From positions 32,001 through 96,000 of the forward strand of contig JBFRWN010000032.1 of assembly GCA_051439605.1 (NCBI GenBank): a stretch of DNA of 64,000 bases, in the 5' to 3' direction. The position numbers were made by a program, and so were the translations under genes. Under the pieces are notes generated by a model. The model made no database searches. It was not told the DNA's origin and was given only the letters and a program-made list of their open reading frames with translations. This document shows positions 21,103-32,445 of the stretch, piece after piece (position 1 is the first letter of the stretch; each line of letters begins with the position of its first letter). Source of the DNA: Synechococcus sp. Lineage in GTDB: Bacteria; Cyanobacteriota; Cyanobacteriia; Thermostichales; PCC-7336.

Positions 21103-23229
21103 ATGGTTTCTTTCTTATTTGAAGTCGGGACAGAAGAGCTTCCGGCAAGCTTTGTTCGCAATGCGATCGCGCGATGGCAAACCATCGTTCCCTCCAGTCT
21201 CACCGAGTCGAATCTCAAGGCTGAGACTGTGGAAGTGTTCGGTACCCCCAGAAGGCTGACGGTACTCATCAAGGGGCTACCCGACCGCCAGCCCGACCGC
21301 AGCGAAGAAATCAAAGGCCCCCCCGCCAGCATCGCCTACAAAAACGACGAACCCACCCAAGCCCTCTTAGGCTTTGCCCGCAAACAGGGGATTGACCTCG
21401 AAACGATCGAGCTGCGGGAAATGGGCAAAAAGGGGCAGTTTGTCTTTGCCACTAAACATCTAGAAGGTCGGCCCACCCGGGAAATTTTGCAAGAGATTGC
21501 CCCCAGCTGGGTGACGAACCTTGAGGTCGGTCGGGCCATGCGTTGGGGGGATGGAGAGTTTCGTTTTCCTCGTCCCATCCGTTGGTTGGTCGCTTTGTGG
21601 GGCGATCTCGTCTTACCAGTGCAGCTTGCCGGGATTGATGCCGGACGCACCTCTGCATGCCATCGCGTCTTGCATCCCGAATCGCTTGAGATTCCCGATG
21701 CCGACAGTTACGTGACAACTCTGGAACAGGGATTTGTCAAAGTTGACCGAGCCGCTCGCCAAGCCTCCATTCTGGAGCAGGTAAAAGTTTCGGCTCAGCA
21801 GGCAGGCGGTGAAGCGTCGATTCCGGAGGATTTGCTGGAAGAAGTTACCGACTTAGTGGAATGGCCCACAGCGGTGTTGGGACAGTTCGAAGAGGAGTTT
21901 TTAGAGTTGCCGGTGCCCGTGATTGAAAGCGTCATGGTGGAGCACCAGCGCTATTTCTCGCTGCACCCAGCTGGTAATCTCGATACTCTACTTCCCTATT
22001 TCATTACTATCTCCAATGGCGATCCCGCTCAGTCTGAGGCGATCGCTGCCGGTAACGGTCGCGTGATTCGCGCCCGTTTGGAAGATGGTCGCTTCTTCTA
22101 CAAAGAAGATCTGAAGCAACCCCTCGCTGCTTTTGTGGACAAGTTGGAGCAAGTGACCTTCGAGCAATCGTTGGGGTCCATGCTGGCCAAGGTGGAACGG
22201 ATTGAAGCCATCAGCGGCTGGATCGGCGATCAGCTTCGTCTCAGCAATGGAGAGCAAGTAGCCGTAGCAAAAACAGCACGGCTGTGCAAAGCGGACCTCA
22301 TGTCCCAAATGGTGTACGAATTCCCCGAGATGCAGGGGGTGATGGGACGCGACTACGCCCTGCGAGGGGGAGAGTCCGCAGCCGTGGCGGATGGCATCGA
22401 ACAGCATTACTGGCCGTTAGGGGCAGGCGATCGCCTGCCGGAGACGATTACAGGCCAGGTGGTGGGCATTGGCGATCGCATCGATAGCTTGGTGGGTCTA
22501 TTCAAAATCGGCAAGATCCCCAGCGGTTCCTCAGACCGCTTTGCTCTGCGACGCGCCGCTAACAGTATTGTCTCCATTGTCTGGAACGCCAATCTTCCCC
22601 TCGATTTACTTGCTCTGCTCGAGCAAGCCACCAACACCTTTGCTGCAGAATCCCCCGATACCCTTCCGGCTCTGGTGGAGTTTTTCGGGCAGCGCCTGCA
22701 AACCCTGTTGCAGGAGGACTACCACATTGATTACGACTTGGTGAATGCCCTAGTGGGGGTTGGTAAACCCGATATGCTGCAGCGATCGCTGCGGGACCTG
22801 CGGGGCACCCGCCAGCGGGCGGAATACCTGCAGCAGTTGCGCCAGGACGGAACCTTGGCTCAGCTGTATCCCACCGTGAATCGCACCGCTCGTTTGGCGG
22901 AGAAAGCCGACTTGGCTGCGGATATTCTCGACCCCAGCATGGCGGTGGTTGCATCTTTACTGCAGGAAGCTGAGGAGAAAGCCCTATTCGAGGCTGCCAA
23001 GAGTATCTACACCAGCGGGCAGGCGGCGATCGCCAATCATGATTACAGCCTACTGGTTACAGCTTTGTTGGATGCCGCTCCTGCAGTGACGGATTTCTTC
23101 GAACAGGTGTTAGTGATGGACAAAGATCCCTCCGTGCGTACCAATCGACTGCATCTCTTATCCGCCCTCAGCCACAACGCTCAGCTATTGGCTGATTTTG
23201 GTGCCGTTGTGATATCTGGAGATGCTTAA
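21103..23229 (+). CDS. glyS: Glycine--tRNA ligase beta subunit
   Basis: FLFEVGTEELP, TPRRL, MRWG, RPIRWLV, EFPEMQG, GSSDRFALRR. Confidence 0.97.
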   Translation: MVSFLFEVGTEELPASFVRNAIARWQTIVPSSLTESNLKAETVEVFGTPRRLTVLIKGLPDRQPDRSEEIKGPPASIAYKNDEPTQALLGFARKQGIDLETIELREMGKKGQFVFATKHLEGRPTREILQEIAPSWVTNLEVGRAMRWGDGEFRFPRPIRWLVALWGDLVLPVQLAGIDAGRTSACHRVLHPESLEIPDADSYVTTLEQGFVKVDRAARQASILEQVKVSAQQAGGEASIPEDLLEEVTDLVEWPTAVLGQFEEEFLELPVPVIESVMVEHQRYFSLHPAGNLDTLLPYFITISNGDPAQSEAIAAGNGRVIRARLEDGRFFYKEDLKQPLAAFVDKLEQVTFEQSLGSMLAKVERIEAISGWIGDQLRLSNGEQVAVAKTARLCKADLMSQMVYEFPEMQGVMGRDYALRGGESAAVADGIEQHYWPLGAGDRLPETITGQVVGIGDRIDSLVGLFKIGKIPSGSSDRFALRRAANSIVSIVWNANLPLDLLALLEQATNTFAAESPDTLPALVEFFGQRLQTLLQEDYHIDYDLVNALVGVGKPDMLQRSLRDLRGTRQRAEYLQQLRQDGTLAQLYPTVNRTARLAEKADLAADILDPSMAVVASLLQEAEEKALFEAAKSIYTSGQAAIANHDYSLLVTALLDAAPAVTDFFEQVLVMDKDPSVRTNRLHLLSALSHNAQLLADFGAVVISGDA

Positions 23230-23287
23230 GTCTCCTTTCATTTCATTTGCCTATCGCTGTTTGTCCTAGCCTTTAAGTCAGAGTCAC

Positions 23288-23731
23288 ATGCAAGTTGAAT
23301 TTCGGGAATGTAACTGGTCGGATCTGTGGATTTGGTTTGAATTTGCCAATGTCCCGTTAGAGGGGGAAAAGCAATATATCGAACAGGTGCTTGAGTCTTG
23401 GTACACAGTCGGGATGTTGGGGGGCTACAACGCCACCTTTATGCCAGTGCAGGACGAAGGACTGGACATCAGCTACATGAACTACGACTCCGAAGCCGAA
23501 CGACTGCCGTCCCTGATGCACAACATGGGAACTGTGGAATACGAAGGCTGCTGGGGCCGCTGCTGGTTCGATCTGGGGACCGCCGATGCGATCGCCCTCG
23601 ACATCCTGATCAATGCGGTCAATCGCCTCAGCCTTGAATATGTCGGCATCGAGAGAATGGTGATTGGTGGTCAAGGGGACGACTGGCCGACCCCAGAGAA
23701 CGAGCCCGCGTCCAGCGCTCACCTTAACTAG
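23288..23731 (+). CDS. DUF3531-family conserved cyanobacterial protein
   Basis: FRECNWSDLWIWFEF, SWYTVGMLGGYNA, MHNMGTVEYEGCWGRCWFDLGTADAIALDILINA. Confidence 0.8.
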   Translation: MQVEFRECNWSDLWIWFEFANVPLEGEKQYIEQVLESWYTVGMLGGYNATFMPVQDEGLDISYMNYDSEAERLPSLMHNMGTVEYEGCWGRCWFDLGTADAIALDILINAVNRLSLEYVGIERMVIGGQGDDWPTPENEPASSAHLN

Positions 23732-24301
23732 CTGGAATCCTGTTGCCGCTCTCTCTCAGTTCGCCACAACACCAGGGTGGCGAGCAATTGTTATTCTGTG
23801 GCGGCCATCAAACCACCGAAAAGATTTCAATCGCTAGAGGATTCAACCCTCAGCCCCAAACAATCTTGACGCCCATTCCATGCTGTGAGGGTGGAAGTTC
23901 CTAATTCACGCTGCCACTTGACATCCTTATGTTTCTTCACAATAATTGACACACATGTTAACCAAATCACTTTTACGCAATGGAACTTTATTTCTCTCCA
24001 ACTTGGTGGGTCTACGCGGCCATTGCAGGTGCCTTCGCATGGGGCATCTGGGGCAACTCGGATGACATCACGTTCTAGTGTTGAAGCCACCCAACTAGAG
24101 CTTTCCTCTTCCCCAATATTGTTTGAACTCCTCCGTTTACGGGGGAGTTTTTACCTTACCTGCCTGTATCGTAAAAGGTTTCTCGCAGAGGTCTCTCATG
24201 TGGATGGCGTTATCAACTTGGGGTCAGTGGATATTTTTCGCCCCCCGCGATTGCTCGGAAATCCTCTCTACCGCTAGACTCGATCGGGGATTTTGGAAGG
24301 A

Positions 24302-25594
24302 ATGACTGTGCTCGACATCAAACTGCTGCGCGATCGCCCCGATGAGGTGCGTCAGGCGATGGCTAATCGCAACGCAAAGGTGGATCTAGATGAAATTCTC
24401 GATCTGGATGGCCGCAGTCGAGATCTCGCCAAAACCCGAACGGCACTTCAAACCGAAAGCAACAGTATTGGCAAGCAGGTGGGGGCTGCCATCAAAGGGG
24501 GGGCCGATCCTAAGGGAGAAGAAGTAGCTGCCTTGCGTCAGAAGGGGAGCGACCTCAAGACTCAAATTGCTGAGCTGGAATCTCAGGAACGGGAGCTGCA
24601 GCAGAACCTAGACCAGCTGCTGTTGACGGTACCGAACCTGCCTCTGGCGGAGGTCCCAGTGGGAGCCAGCGAAGACGACAACGTGCAGCGGCGGATTTGG
24701 GGGGACGAATATAAGCCCCAACACGAGGTGTTGCCTCACGACGATATTGCAGCAAACCTGGGGCTGTTAGATATCCCTCGGGCTGTGAAGGTGGCCCAAA
24801 GTCGCTTTATCGCCCTTAAAGGGCAAGGGGCCGCGTTAGAACGGGCACTGGTTAACTTTATGCTCGATCGCCATATCAAGGCTGGTTACACCGAGGTGAT
24901 GCCTCCACTGCTGGTGAATAGCTCTACCCTGCAAGGCACCGGTCAATTGCCCAAGTTCGCGGAAGACAGTTTCAAATGTCAGGATGACGATCTGTGGCTA
25001 ATTCCCACTTCTGAGGTCCCTCTGACAAATCTCTATCGGGATGAAATTCTGACTAGCGACATGCTGCCCCTGCACATGACAGCCTTTACCCCCTGCTTCC
25101 GCCGAGAGGCGGGCAGCTACGGTCGCGACGTCAAGGGTCTGATTCGCCTGCACCAGTTCAACAAAGTAGAGATGGTCAAAATTGTCCATCCCGATACCTC
25201 TGAGGAGGAACATCAGAAACTAGTTGCCGATGCCGAGGATATTCTGCAGCAGCTCAAATTGCCCTACCGCGTGATTGAACTCTGCACCGGAGATTTAGGG
25301 TTCTCCGCTAGCCGCTGCTACGACCTAGAAGTGTGGCTACCGTCCCAAAACACCTACCGAGAAATTTCCAGCTGCTCCAATTGCTGGGATTTTCAGGCTC
25401 GCCGAGCCGGGATTCGCGTTAAAGAGGCTGGAAAAAAAGGCACGCAATATTTACATACCCTGAACGGCTCTGGTTTGGCGATCGGTCGTGCCATGGCAGC
25501 AATTTTAGAGAACTACCAACAACCGGATGGCAGCATTAATATTCCGGAGGTATTGCAATGTTTCATGGGGTGCGAGGTCATCAAACCCGCATAG
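24302..25594 (+). CDS. serS: Serine--tRNA ligase
   Basis: [51 protein letters not shown]. Confidence 0.98.
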   Translation: MTVLDIKLLRDRPDEVRQAMANRNAKVDLDEILDLDGRSRDLAKTRTALQTESNSIGKQVGAAIKGGADPKGEEVAALRQKGSDLKTQIAELESQERELQQNLDQLLLTVPNLPLAEVPVGASEDDNVQRRIWGDEYKPQHEVLPHDDIAANLGLLDIPRAVKVAQSRFIALKGQGAALERALVNFMLDRHIKAGYTEVMPPLLVNSSTLQGTGQLPKFAEDSFKCQDDDLWLIPTSEVPLTNLYRDEILTSDMLPLHMTAFTPCFRREAGSYGRDVKGLIRLHQFNKVEMVKIVHPDTSEEEHQKLVADAEDILQQLKLPYRVIELCTGDLGFSASRCYDLEVWLPSQNTYREISSCSNCWDFQARRAGIRVKEAGKKGTQYLHTLNGSGLAIGRAMAAILENYQQPDGSINIPEVLQCFMGCEVIKPA

Positions 25595-25683
25595 GGGTGC
25601 CTGATTGATTTCGTCTTGGAAGGGTCTCCCCACAAAACGCGATAGGATATCCAGGGTTTTTCCCCTCATCCCCCCTGCAAATC

Positions 25684-27006
25684 GTGCCAATACCCAGCAA
25701 TTCTCCCCTCAAGATCTCTGCCTGCCCCACCCTCAAAGGTACTATCAGCGTGCCTGGAGACAAGTCCATTTCCCACCGATCGCTGATGTTAGGGGCACTG
25801 GCAGAGGGAGAAACTACCGTACGCGGTCTTTTATTGGGGGAAGATCCTCGCAGCACTGCCGCCTGTTTTCGGGCGATGGGAGCAGAGATTTCCGAATTGA
25901 ATTCCGAGCTGGTCACCATCCGAGGGGTGGGCTTGGATGGCCTAAAAGAACCCCTACAAGTCTTAGATGCAGGCAACTCCGGCACCACACTGCGACTGAT
26001 GTTAGGGATTTTGGCGGCACAATCCGATCGCTTTTTTGTCGTCACTGGCGACGCTTCGTTGCGATCGCGCCCCATGGGTCGGGTGGTCAAGCCGCTGCAG
26101 CAAATGGGAGCACAGATTTGGGGGCGGGCAAATGGCGATCGGGCGCCTCTTGCCGTGAACGGGCAGAAGTTACAAGGCATTCATTACCAATCTCCCGTTG
26201 CCTCTGCACAAGTGAAATCCTGCATATTGTTAGCAGGTCTCTGGGCAGAGGGAGAGACTAAGGTTACAGAGCCAGCCCTGTCCCGCGATCATTCCGAGCG
26301 CATGCTGACGGCGTTTGGGGCCAATTTGACCGCGAATCAGGCGACGAAAACGGTCAGCATACGCAGCGGCTCTCAGCTTTACGGCCAACCCGTAGTTGTT
26401 CCCGGAGACATTAGTTCCGCTGCCTTCTGGCTAGTTGCTGCTGCGATCGCCCCCGAAGCAGAGTTGTTAATTCAGAACGTTGGCATCAACCCCACCCGCA
26501 CTGGTGTACTGGATGCTTTGGAGGCCATGGGGGCAGACATTACAGTGGAAAATCAACGGGAGGAAACGGGCGAGCCGGTGGCAGATTTGCGGGTACGTTC
26601 CTCCCAGCTCAAAGGGTGTGCAATTGGCGGCGAGATCGTTCCCAAGTTGATTGACGAGATTCCAATTTTAGCGGTCGCGGCAGCGTTTGCAGAAGGGACA
26701 ACTGTCATTAAGGATGCCGAAGAACTGCGGGTGAAGGAGAGCGATCGGATTGCCGCCATGACCAGCGAACTCACCAAGATGGGGGTGAATATTCAAGAAC
26801 GCCCTGATGGCTTAGAAATCATCGGCGGACAGCCGTTGAAAGGGGCTGCGGTAGAAGCATTTAGCGATCATCGCATTGCCATGAGCCTGGCGATCGCGGC
26901 ACTGCAAGCAGAAGGAACCACGGCCATTTCCGGAGCCGACTGCGCCTCAATTTCTTATCCCACCTTTGTGCCCACCCTCCAACAAGTGGCTCCTAACTGC
27001 TGCTAG
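25684..27006 (+). CDS. aroA: 3-phosphoshikimate 1-carboxyvinyltransferase
   Basis: [43 protein letters not shown]. Confidence 0.98.
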   Translation: MPIPSNSPLKISACPTLKGTISVPGDKSISHRSLMLGALAEGETTVRGLLLGEDPRSTAACFRAMGAEISELNSELVTIRGVGLDGLKEPLQVLDAGNSGTTLRLMLGILAAQSDRFFVVTGDASLRSRPMGRVVKPLQQMGAQIWGRANGDRAPLAVNGQKLQGIHYQSPVASAQVKSCILLAGLWAEGETKVTEPALSRDHSERMLTAFGANLTANQATKTVSIRSGSQLYGQPVVVPGDISSAAFWLVAAAIAPEAELLIQNVGINPTRTGVLDALEAMGADITVENQREETGEPVADLRVRSSQLKGCAIGGEIVPKLIDEIPILAVAAAFAEGTTVIKDAEELRVKESDRIAAMTSELTKMGVNIQERPDGLEIIGGQPLKGAAVEAFSDHRIAMSLAIAALQAEGTTAISGADCASISYPTFVPTLQQVAPNCC

Positions 27007-27144
27007 GGCAGTCATTGTCTGTCTCCATATTTCATCAAGCGATAGGACCTCAATTCGAACTCAATCGCTTGGCCATTCCCCTTCTGGCTACCCTAGTGGA
27101 ACGGATGAATAGCCCATCTGGTACCCACACGAGTTAGCAGCGCT

Positions 27145-28389
27145 ATGGAATTTGGCCAAACCAACCTATTTGCGCCTCCTTCCCCTCTCGCAGAACGACT
27201 TCGCCCGCATTCACTAGATGAAGTGATTGGGCAGGGGCACCTCCTGAAACCGGGGCGTCCGCTGCGAGCTTGGTTAGAAAAAGGAGCCCGCCGCTCTGTG
27301 TTGCTGTGGGGGCCACCGGGAGTGGGAAAAACCACTCTGGCTCGACTGGCGGCTGACTACAGTCAAACGTCTTATCGGGAACTGAATGCAGGGCTCAGTG
27401 GAGTCGCGGACATTCGCAAGTGCGTGGAGTTGGGGCGACAGCAGGGGGGGTTGTTGTTGGCCGACGAGCTACATCGCTGGAGCCGATCGCAGACAGAATG
27501 CTTGCTTGAAGCGGTGGAGAAGGGCTGGATTACCCTGATAGGGGCCACTACTGAAAATCCGTTTGTGGCGATCGAGCGGGCGTTGCTCTCGCGGTTGCAG
27601 GTGTTTGAACTGCGGGGACTGGGGCCACAGGGATTATCCAAAGCGCTGGAGCGAGTGTTGGCCCATCCAGAAGGACTGCATGTCACGTTTGAAGAGGCTG
27701 CCAAACAGGTAGTACTGCAAAGCTGTGGGGGAGATATCCGCAGACTCTATACTCTATTAGAAGCCTGTAGCGAGCTGGGGGATTGTATTACAGAGGATGT
27801 GGCCCGCGAAGTATGCTCGTCAATTTATGTGGGCTGCGACGACACCGTGTATTACGAGCTGGTGTCTGCACTGCAAAAAAGCATTCGCGGTAGCAGCCCC
27901 CAAGCCGCTGTATTTTATCTCGGACGGTTGTTGGTGGCTGGAGCCGATCCGGTGCGGGTGGCTCGGCGGGTACTGGTGACAGCCAGTGAAGATATCGGTC
28001 TGGCCGATCCCCAAGCCCTATCCGTCGCCAATGCAGCCTGCCAAACCGCCGCCACCCTCGGCATGCCCGAATGTCGCTACGCCCTAGCAGAAGCCGTTCT
28101 GTATTTGGCCCATGCCCCTAAAAGCAATCGCGTGGCCGCTGCCATCAACCAAGCCATGCAGGAGGGGCGCTATCCCCACCCGGTGCCCAGCCATCTCAAC
28201 CGCGATCGCGCCACTCAATACCGGTATCCCCACGACTACCCTGGAGCCTATGTAAAACAGGAATATTTCCCCAAAACCCTAAAAGAACGAGATTTCTACC
28301 AACCCTCCGATCGCGGATGGGAAGCCCAATATATCGATTGGCAACCCGACTCTACAAAAGCCGAGGGGCAGGGTGGTGAATTAAATTAA
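27145..28389 (+). CDS. rarA: Replication-associated recombination protein A (MgsA AAA+ ATPase)
   Basis: PLAERLRP, GPPGVGKTT, DELHR, ATTENP, KSIRGS, ASEDIGLADP, YRYPHDY. Confidence 0.95.
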   Translation: MEFGQTNLFAPPSPLAERLRPHSLDEVIGQGHLLKPGRPLRAWLEKGARRSVLLWGPPGVGKTTLARLAADYSQTSYRELNAGLSGVADIRKCVELGRQQGGLLLADELHRWSRSQTECLLEAVEKGWITLIGATTENPFVAIERALLSRLQVFELRGLGPQGLSKALERVLAHPEGLHVTFEEAAKQVVLQSCGGDIRRLYTLLEACSELGDCITEDVAREVCSSIYVGCDDTVYYELVSALQKSIRGSSPQAAVFYLGRLLVAGADPVRVARRVLVTASEDIGLADPQALSVANAACQTAATLGMPECRYALAEAVLYLAHAPKSNRVAAAINQAMQEGRYPHPVPSHLNRDRATQYRYPHDYPGAYVKQEYFPKTLKERDFYQPSDRGWEAQYIDWQPDSTKAEGQGGELN

Positions 28390-28457
28390 TACCAAACCCG
28401 TTTTAAAGCTGCCCACAGGAATTCATCCCAACCCTGGGAAGTCTAGCGTGGGGGGCT

Positions 28458-28518
28458 CCAAGGGACGCGCTTCGTCCCTTGGTCGTGGGAGCGGTAGGGG
28501 GCGCGACCGCCCTCTCGC
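28458..28518. repeat. GC-rich double hairpin (REP-like or bidirectional terminator) between convergent rarA and ccsA
   Basis: CCAAGGGACG-cgctt-CGTCCCTTGG perfect 10-bp stem, then an imperfect GCG..AGGGGGCG-cgac-CGCCCTCTCGC stem. Confidence 0.6.
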
Positions 28519-28573
28519 AATCAAACGGTTCTGATTGGCAATCGTAAAACATGCGGATCGGACAGAGATAAGC

Positions 28574-30310
28574 TCAGCAATCCGCTAGAGCAGACTCAGC
28601 ATTGCCCATCCCTACAGCAACACCAGTCGTCTCAGCCTCCTGTGCATCACTGTTAGAGGATTCTGCCACTGCCAACTTGTACCGCAATGCGGTAGCCAAC
28701 ACAAAGGCAAGATCCAGACCCACCAAAACCGCAATTCCTGCCGAGCCCCCTGTGCCAAAACCGTAACTGTGCAGCCCCTGTCCCAAGACAAAATTGACCC
28801 CGTACCAAGCCATCAGTACGGCATTAAACGAAACAATGCTAGCCACCGCCATTCCAAAGTTATTCACCCAACCCACAAATCGACCATGCAGCGGAGCTAA
28901 GTAGCACAGCAAAGCGATCGCCGCCCAAGTCTCCTTCGGGTCCCATCCCCAAAAGCGTCCCCAAGAAAAATGCGCCCAAATCCCCCCCAAAATAATTCCA
29001 GCCGCTAATAGTAGGACACCCACCTGCAAAACGCTGTAGTTGAGCTTTGATAATTGACCCGCTCGCTTGCTCCCCTGCGGTGTCACCCAATAATGGGCCA
29101 AAATGATGTGCCCCAACCCCATCGCCAATGCGAAACACGCGTAGCTTAGGGTGATGGTGGGGACGTGAATGCTGAGCCAAAAGTTATCCCGCAGTACAGG
29201 TACCAGCGGCTGAATGCTAGCATCCAAAACCGCTGGCAAATGATCCGCAAGTACCAGTGTCAGGATAGATAGGGGGGCCGCCGCTAGCAAGTAATAGCGG
29301 GCACGGGTTCTAAGTTCGAACGCCATTGCCAAAGCCGCAATCCCGAAACCGACCCAGACAACGGATTCGTACATGTTGGTGACCGGAGGGCGATCGGCCA
29401 CCTGCACCCGCAGAACAAATCCGTACAGCTGTATTCCCAGCCCAGCCGCAAATGTACCCATCGGTAGCCAGTACCAGTTAGAGAGCGGCCAGAGTGTTAT
29501 TGCCAGCATGCCGACAAACGCCAGAGCGAAAATCTGCCACCCTTTGGCAAAGGCGTGCAGGCGATTGAAGAATACCTCCCTAGACATGACGCGATCGCCC
29601 GGATACACCGTCGGACTCAAATCCTGCAATTGGGTATGCAACTGCCGAGCGAGGGGATCGATCGCCTCCACTTGACGATGGCGAGCGTAAGTCACCTTCA
29701 TCATTTCCAGCGTGCCAACCAAATCAGCGGCATCCTCAGCAGAATAAGCTGCGGAGGTCTCCTGGATACCCGTCCAGCGACCCTTTAGGTCGGAGGGGTG
29801 GGGCACTAAAGGCAGCTCGTCGCGGGCCACCGTGTCCAGCATCAAAGACATCCGATCGGCCACTATCAAAGCTTCGCGATCGTCACGGCTTAGACCCAGG
29901 TCAGCCGCTTGCTTTTCCCGCACCTGTCGCAACGTCATAGGCAACGACGACTGCATTAACTCCCTAAAGCTGAAGTATTTCTGTTCTGGATCGAGGCCAG
30001 CAGCTTCTTTGAGGGGGCGGTAGTTGAACAGGATGTAGGGTTCTTGGTTCCAGTCGCGATCGTTAAACCACAGTCCCAAAAAAGTAGTCAGATAGTCTTC
30101 TTTACTGCCATCCGATTGCCGATAGGTAGTAGATCCGTGGATTTGGGTGACAGTTTCGCGGGCTACCGTATCCAGTGGCTTTTTACGGCCATCCAGCTGC
30201 ACCGCAAGGGATTGCAAACCGGCAGTGGGGCCAGGTTGCCAAGTGCTAAAGGGGGTGAGGGCGATTGCCAGACCCAGCAGTAACCCAAGTGCAAATTTTA
30301 GAAATTTCAT
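28574..30310 (-). CDS. ccsA: Cytochrome c synthase CcsA/ResC with long N-terminal extracytoplasmic extension (system II)
   Basis: RPPVTNMYES, LVPVLRDNFWLSIHV, WWD domain GGIWAHFSWGRFWGWDPKETW, NFVLGQGLHSYG; N-terminal DGRKKPLDT. Confidence 0.92.
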   Translation of the reverse strand: MKFLKFALGLLLGLAIALTPFSTWQPGPTAGLQSLAVQLDGRKKPLDTVARETVTQIHGSTTYRQSDGSKEDYLTTFLGLWFNDRDWNQEPYILFNYRPLKEAAGLDPEQKYFSFRELMQSSLPMTLRQVREKQAADLGLSRDDREALIVADRMSLMLDTVARDELPLVPHPSDLKGRWTGIQETSAAYSAEDAADLVGTLEMMKVTYARHRQVEAIDPLARQLHTQLQDLSPTVYPGDRVMSREVFFNRLHAFAKGWQIFALAFVGMLAITLWPLSNWYWLPMGTFAAGLGIQLYGFVLRVQVADRPPVTNMYESVVWVGFGIAALAMAFELRTRARYYLLAAAPLSILTLVLADHLPAVLDASIQPLVPVLRDNFWLSIHVPTITLSYACFALAMGLGHIILAHYWVTPQGSKRAGQLSKLNYSVLQVGVLLLAAGIILGGIWAHFSWGRFWGWDPKETWAAIALLCYLAPLHGRFVGWVNNFGMAVASIVSFNAVLMAWYGVNFVLGQGLHSYGFGTGGSAGIAVLVGLDLAFVLATALRYKLAVAESSNSDAQEAETTGVAVGMGNAESALADC

Positions 30311-30425
30311 GATGCGAATCGATAGGGAGTTCGGAATTGTTGTAAGCACACTCGCTCAGTGCTGCAAATTTTTTGGGGTTGGGAAGGCCAAGATCGAAGA
30401 CAACGGTTTAGTTTCTTTGAATGAC

Positions 30426-32294
30426 TTAGGCACTCGCTTGTGGTGTCAATTCTGCGGTTTCTGCATCCTCTGGATCTGCTTGCTTGTTGACGTTTGGCCT
30501 AGAAGGCTTTAAGCCAAACAGCGTGCGATAGTGTTTCGCCAACTCTTGTCCGTAGAACATGACACCAATGCCAGCAACCACTAACAGCGAGCCCGTCCAC
30601 GTCAGGGCGGTGACCCAGGCTGGTTCCCGCTTTACCTGCAGGGTTGACTGTCGCAAATCGCCAGGATTCCAGGACGCTTGCGCAATTTTCCAGCCGCGAT
30701 ACCAAGTGGGGTGGTTCATCCATACCTCGCGAAACGCATGCACTCCCTGTTCGGGATCGTCAATCCGAATTTGGCTGGTCCACATGGCTACAGAGTCAGA
30801 GCCTTCGTTGCGTTCAACGATAAAATCCTCCAGCGCCACCGCAAACGGCAGTTCCATTGACTTCGGGCCATAGACTGCATATACCTCGCCGTCCGGGGTG
30901 TCGATGGATTGAGGTTCCCCCCACTGCAACCACTGCTCTTGTCCGCTTGTAGATTTCACCAACACGGCAGGCACCGCATCCGCTGATGCCCCTGCCCCGA
31001 CTAGAAATGAGGCATCGACAATTTCCCGTTCAGTCCGGGCATTGGGTATATACTCGGCCACCTCTAGCTGGAAATCTGCCCACCCCAAATCAATCGGGTC
31101 TTCAAGAGTCAAAGGCCCAGACTGAAACCCCTTTGCATTGTTGACGGTGTAATACAGCTTTCCTGACGGAGTCGTGATCGCCTGAAACACATTGTCCTGA
31201 GGTGCAGGAGCCTGGTAGGTGGCAACAATCCCTGAGGGCTCACCAGCCACCAACGTTCTGACCGGCTCTAGATCGGTACGACCAAACACAAACCAGCGCT
31301 CTACCCCCTGAGGACTCTCTATCTGCAGTTGCAAAGCGGGATTGCGTAGGTGTTGGGAGGTGGTTTCTGGTTCATTGTTACCGTTCAATCGAAAATCTGG
31401 CCAAAAGTTGACCAGCCTTACTTGCACGTCGTCAGACAGGCCGAACGTTGCCCCCAAAGACTGTTCGACGTCAAAGGATTGCCGATCGCCGTTCCCCGCC
31501 AATAAGACGCTCCCCCATTTCCCTTGGATTTCTGGAGGAGGGGCCATCATCGCATCTAATTCAGACTGAGACCGAACTGACGCAAGCTTTAGGGTGGCTG
31601 GCCCGAGGATCACTTGTTGGGCACTGGAGGGGGCGATTGCCAGCCATTTTTCAACTGACTGACCCATTTTCTGACTGGTCAGGGTGAAGTGCAGGGCAGG
31701 ATTGGGGGCTAAACCATCGGGAAGAAACCGATTCTGAGCCAGTGTACGCTCTCGATACTGCACCAGCTCCAAGCTTGCGATGCTCTCGTGCTCGATCGAT
31801 CCATCTGCTCCTACCTGCACGTCTACCGCAGACGAAGAACCGTTAGCAGTCAGCACCTCAAGCAATTCCCCCTGCAATCGCAACAGGCGATTCCCTCCAA
31901 TATCGGTGCGCAGGGGCAACATGCCCTCCACTCCCAGGTGAATCACAGCGGCAGAACCGGCAATCAAAATCACCAAGCCAAAGTGGGTCAGGGCAAATCC
32001 AACCTTGCGGGCTCCTCGCCAGGGAAAGCGGCTCATCGCAGAAACCGACAGGTTTACAGCCAGCAAGAACATCAGAAGCCCGAACCAAGCGCTCTTATAG
32101 ATATCCCGCTGCACAATCTCTGAACCCACCCGCGACTCGTAGAAGGTGGTCCCCATCAATACAGCCGCGATCGCCATCAACAGCGGGACAGCGAGCTGTA
32201 TGGATCCCAAAAACTTAATCAAAGGATTTTTGACGCTGGAAGGGCTGTGTTTCGCCGGCATAAGCTTGCCAATCAACTGCGATCGTATACCCAC
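30426..32294 (-). CDS. ccsB: Cytochrome c biogenesis protein ResB/CcsB-like
   Basis: LGSIQLAV..GT..ES, IYKSAWF..L..NL, conserved TM His (ALTHFG), large soluble domain, MNHP.WYRGWKIAQAS, C-terminal TM; upstream of ccsA; start may be ATG 32261. Confidence 0.85.
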   Translation of the reverse strand: MGIRSQLIGKLMPAKHSPSSVKNPLIKFLGSIQLAVPLLMAIAAVLMGTTFYESRVGSEIVQRDIYKSAWFGLLMFLLAVNLSVSAMSRFPWRGARKVGFALTHFGLVILIAGSAAVIHLGVEGMLPLRTDIGGNRLLRLQGELLEVLTANGSSSAVDVQVGADGSIEHESIASLELVQYRERTLAQNRFLPDGLAPNPALHFTLTSQKMGQSVEKWLAIAPSSAQQVILGPATLKLASVRSQSELDAMMAPPPEIQGKWGSVLLAGNGDRQSFDVEQSLGATFGLSDDVQVRLVNFWPDFRLNGNNEPETTSQHLRNPALQLQIESPQGVERWFVFGRTDLEPVRTLVAGEPSGIVATYQAPAPQDNVFQAITTPSGKLYYTVNNAKGFQSGPLTLEDPIDLGWADFQLEVAEYIPNARTEREIVDASFLVGAGASADAVPAVLVKSTSGQEQWLQWGEPQSIDTPDGEVYAVYGPKSMELPFAVALEDFIVERNEGSDSVAMWTSQIRIDDPEQGVHAFREVWMNHPTWYRGWKIAQASWNPGDLRQSTLQVKREPAWVTALTWTGSLLVVAGIGVMFYGQELAKHYRTLFGLKPSRPNVNKQADPEDAETAELTPQASA

Positions 32295-32445
32295 ACAAAC
32301 AAATCAAAAGCAAAGGAGTTTGTGCCTTTGAGTACAAATCAAAGGAATTACTATGCTTGGATGAATAATTATTATGCAATTTCTGCAATAGAATCAAGCC
32401 GGTCGTTTGATTTCTGTTGCCGAATTCGGAACAACTGGCGATTTT

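Noticed and set aside
23885..24277. 130-aa ORF between the DUF3531 gene and serS
   Set aside because: No recognisable motif or RBS; may be spurious or a remnant, cannot be supported
25605..26261. Long overlapping ORFs within aroA, and similar shadow ORFs in carB, glyS, fusA and ndhF/D
   Set aside because: Alternate-frame or antisense shadows of well-supported genes with no motifs of their own
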